The notes under the pieces: model-generated
Databases searched by the model: none
Told to the model about the DNA's origin: nothing
The model's input: only the letters and a program-made list of their open reading frames with translations
Made by a program: the position numbers and the translations under genes
In this document: piece by piece, positions 61,262 to 64,000 of the stretch
Position numbering within the stretch: position 1 is the stretch's first letter
Layout: each line of letters opens with the position of its first letter
Origin: the human T2T-CHM13v2.0 reference genome, Homo sapiens
Assembly: GCF_009914755.1 (NCBI RefSeq)
Contig: NC_060925.1
DNA length: 64,000 nucleotides
Direction: 5' to 3' (one strand)

Positions 61262-62538
61262 TCATGAGGCCCCCTCCCCATTTTCCCCTTTTCCTGCTCC
61301 AGGTCTCAGTGGAGTTGACCCTTGTCAATGCCAATACCCACAGAGAGCCCTGCTGCTGGAGAAGCTTAAAGGGGGCCTGATGTGACTTCTGGTCTCTTCC
61401 TCGGTCTGCACTGAAGCCACGACTGCCCAAAGTCAAGGACACTAGTATTGAGGGAAGTAGTGGTCAAGGGCCCAGTGTTCTAGAATCAGGAGATCCAGGT
61501 TTCCAACCTGGCTCTGCAGTTCACTAGTTCTGTGACCTTAAGCAAGTTGATTAATTTCTCTGAGCCTCTGCTTCCTTATCTGCAGAGAGGAGGGTAATAA
61601 AGAACCTACCTCACGGGGTTGTTGTGAAGTTAGAATGAACAAATGCATGTACACCACTTAGCACGGTGCCTGGCATAGACAGAGTGGTTAACAAATGTTG
61701 GTGATTATGATTTTTATTATTATAGTCATTAATTCATTTAACAAGCAAGCTCTAGGCATTCTCCCACATGTACCCAGTACGTCAGCCAAAATGTATTTCC
61801 TGATATTTCCCAACATTTAACATGTTTCCTCATCCCGCTGTGGCTTTGCACATGTGGTTTGTTCTGCCTGGATTGCCCTTCACTCCCCATCTGCCTGGCA
61901 AACTTGCCCTTTGAGCCTCAGCTAACGCCTGGTCTCCTTGAGGCGCTTGCCTGGACCTCCCACACTGGATGAGACTCCTCCTCTGGTCTTGCGCATGACC
62001 AGGGCTCATTGCACAACCCCAGAGGAGACGAGTCATACGGACCCCCAGAGTTGTGCAATGTGGCAACTTTGCCCATATTTTTCCTCTGTTTTCTTCTATC
62101 ATAATTTTTATCACACTCTTACTGCAATGATTTATTTACCTGTTGGTTTCTCCCTCAGACTCTGAACTCCTCGAGGACTCTGACACAGAGTCAGGGCTCA
62201 GTAAGTGCCTGCCTGAATGAAGGGATCCTGGCCCAGTTCCTGAACCCAGAAGCTGCAGCCTGGTCAGGGAGACAGAATGAATCAACGTGAGACATGTCAA
62301 GAACTGAGCATGACTAGAGGTTCACACCCCTGAGGCTTTCCTAGGAGAGACCAACAGAGCTGTAAGGGAGGATGTGGTGGTCAGAGTGGGAGACTGGAGT
62401 GGAGATGGAAAGAATGAGGAGGTACTTAGAAAATCCAATAGCGGTCGGGCGTGATGGCTCACGCCTGTAATCCCAGCACTTTGGGAGGCCGAGGCGAGCA
62501 GATCACCTGAGGTCAGGAGTTCGAGACCAGCCTGGCTA

Positions 62539-62724
<186 letters not shown>

Positions 62725-64000
62725 TCAAAAAAAAAAAAAAAAGAGAAAAACCAATAGCTAACACTTCTGGATTGTTCTGCTTAGGGGTGGAAGAATTTCA
62801 GCCCCCTCCCCCATGATTTTCATCTGGTCTAAGGTAAAGAAAGTACATTTCAAAGCTCTTACAAGGACATTATGTATCCAGGGAGGGCCACTGTGGGTTG
62901 ATGCTCTTTACTAGGCCCATTTTTTGCACAGGATAGGTGGAGGCACAGCCTGGAAGCAGGACAATGCACCCAGAGCATCTGACATCACCCTGAAAAATAA
63001 TTTGAGTGTTAGCCCCACTGCAGGCAGGGATCAGACTATAGGGCTCTTAGGAAAATGTTTCTCTTCCTCAGGATGGATTTAGACTGCATCTTTGCTGAGA
63101 ATAAACACTTGTCTTTTGTAAGGGTGTATGTGTCTGTATATTGGATCTGCATTTAAGCACCCTACGGTCATCCTCACTTGCTCTAAAAGGCCAAGTCTGA
63201 ACAATGAGGAGGAGGCATAGCTCATCACTTCTCATTGGTAGAAAGACATTAAAGGAACAGGACCACGAGGATCAAAATTGCCAAGCCTACCCTAGACTGT
63301 TTGGCTGAAACCTATTTTCTGCACCCTTCCATCCTCCTTCTTTGATACTATTCTAGACTCATGGGAAGAAGAAATACTCCTACTAAGTGTTTCTTATCCT
63401 TTTGATCCTATTGCATGTGGCTTACTAGGTGAGGTTTCCTGCACAGAGTCTGGTGGATATTTTGCCCAGTGGAGAACTGAAAAGGTAGTCTTTTTGTGGG
63501 TGTGGAGAGGGAGGATCTGAGATGAGAGAACAAAGTTAGGAACCAAGTGTACCCATGAGGGACGCTGTGAAAAACTATAACAGGTTTTGGTTGTTTTTTC
63601 CTTGGGCAGTTATGTGATATGTGCAATTTTAAATTATTTCTTCTAGTTGTATTTTCCTACAAGAATTCCTGCCTCTTCGGGAAGTCTTGCATGCACATGG
63701 GCCTTGAGTTTGTGGCGCTAGAGGGGCAAGTCAGGGGGTGGGCAAATAAAGGGGGTGTAGCCCACTCCTGGCCGTCTCCTGTGGAAGTCTATGTTAAGGA
63801 AACTTCCTTGACAGGCGAGCGTGACCAGCAGTACAGCTGCGGATGAATCCTGCTGGGTGGGAGGCTCAGGCAGAGGTGGGAGGAAGGGGACCCTGACGGG
63901 GAACAAAAGGGGTGCAGTTTTCTGTAAAGGACAAGGCGATCAGGATAAGAGGCAGGGCTCCAGAAGAGGCTTAGGAGAGCCCTGGAGAGACTGTTCTGGG

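Noticed and set aside
63700-64000. Rising GC content and a weak CTCF-like motif at the window end
   Set aside because: Too little sequence and too poor a match to call.

Overview
Human (hominid) genomic DNA, recognisable as the 1p34.2 TRIT1-MYCL locus. Both genes are on the minus strand. TRIT1 (tRNA isopentenyltransferase 1) contributes its promoter and coding exon 1 (CDS 10758-10931); bases 1-10757 are intron 1. MYCL (L-Myc) is complete: exon 1 ends at 29248, exon 2 is 28379-28883, exon 3 starts at 25410, stop is at 24812 and the polyA signal is at 22882. The spliced protein is 364 aa, with 394-aa and 206-aa alternatives. The remaining ~34 kb upstream of MYCL is very Alu-dense. It also holds a full-length SVA, THE1/MST, MER21 and MLT LTRs, old L1 pieces, MER1B and MER63 DNA transposons and an orphan CpG-rich element. 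Nearly all other ORFs in the track are Alu, SVA or GC-rich artefacts. I found no new protein-coding system. The best leads are: (1) a MaLR LTR upstream of MYCL whose TATA box, AUG and splice donor are in frame with MYCL exon 2; (2) two ~60-70 nt polyadenylated LTR-derived retrocopies that look like a tiny SINE-like class; (3) an RFX X-box cluster between the genes; (4) in-frame compatibility of TRIT1 exon 1 with MYCL exon 2; (5) small L1/SVA transductions and a three-part palindrome in TRIT1 intron 1. Repeat family names come from remembered consensus sequences, not from a search.
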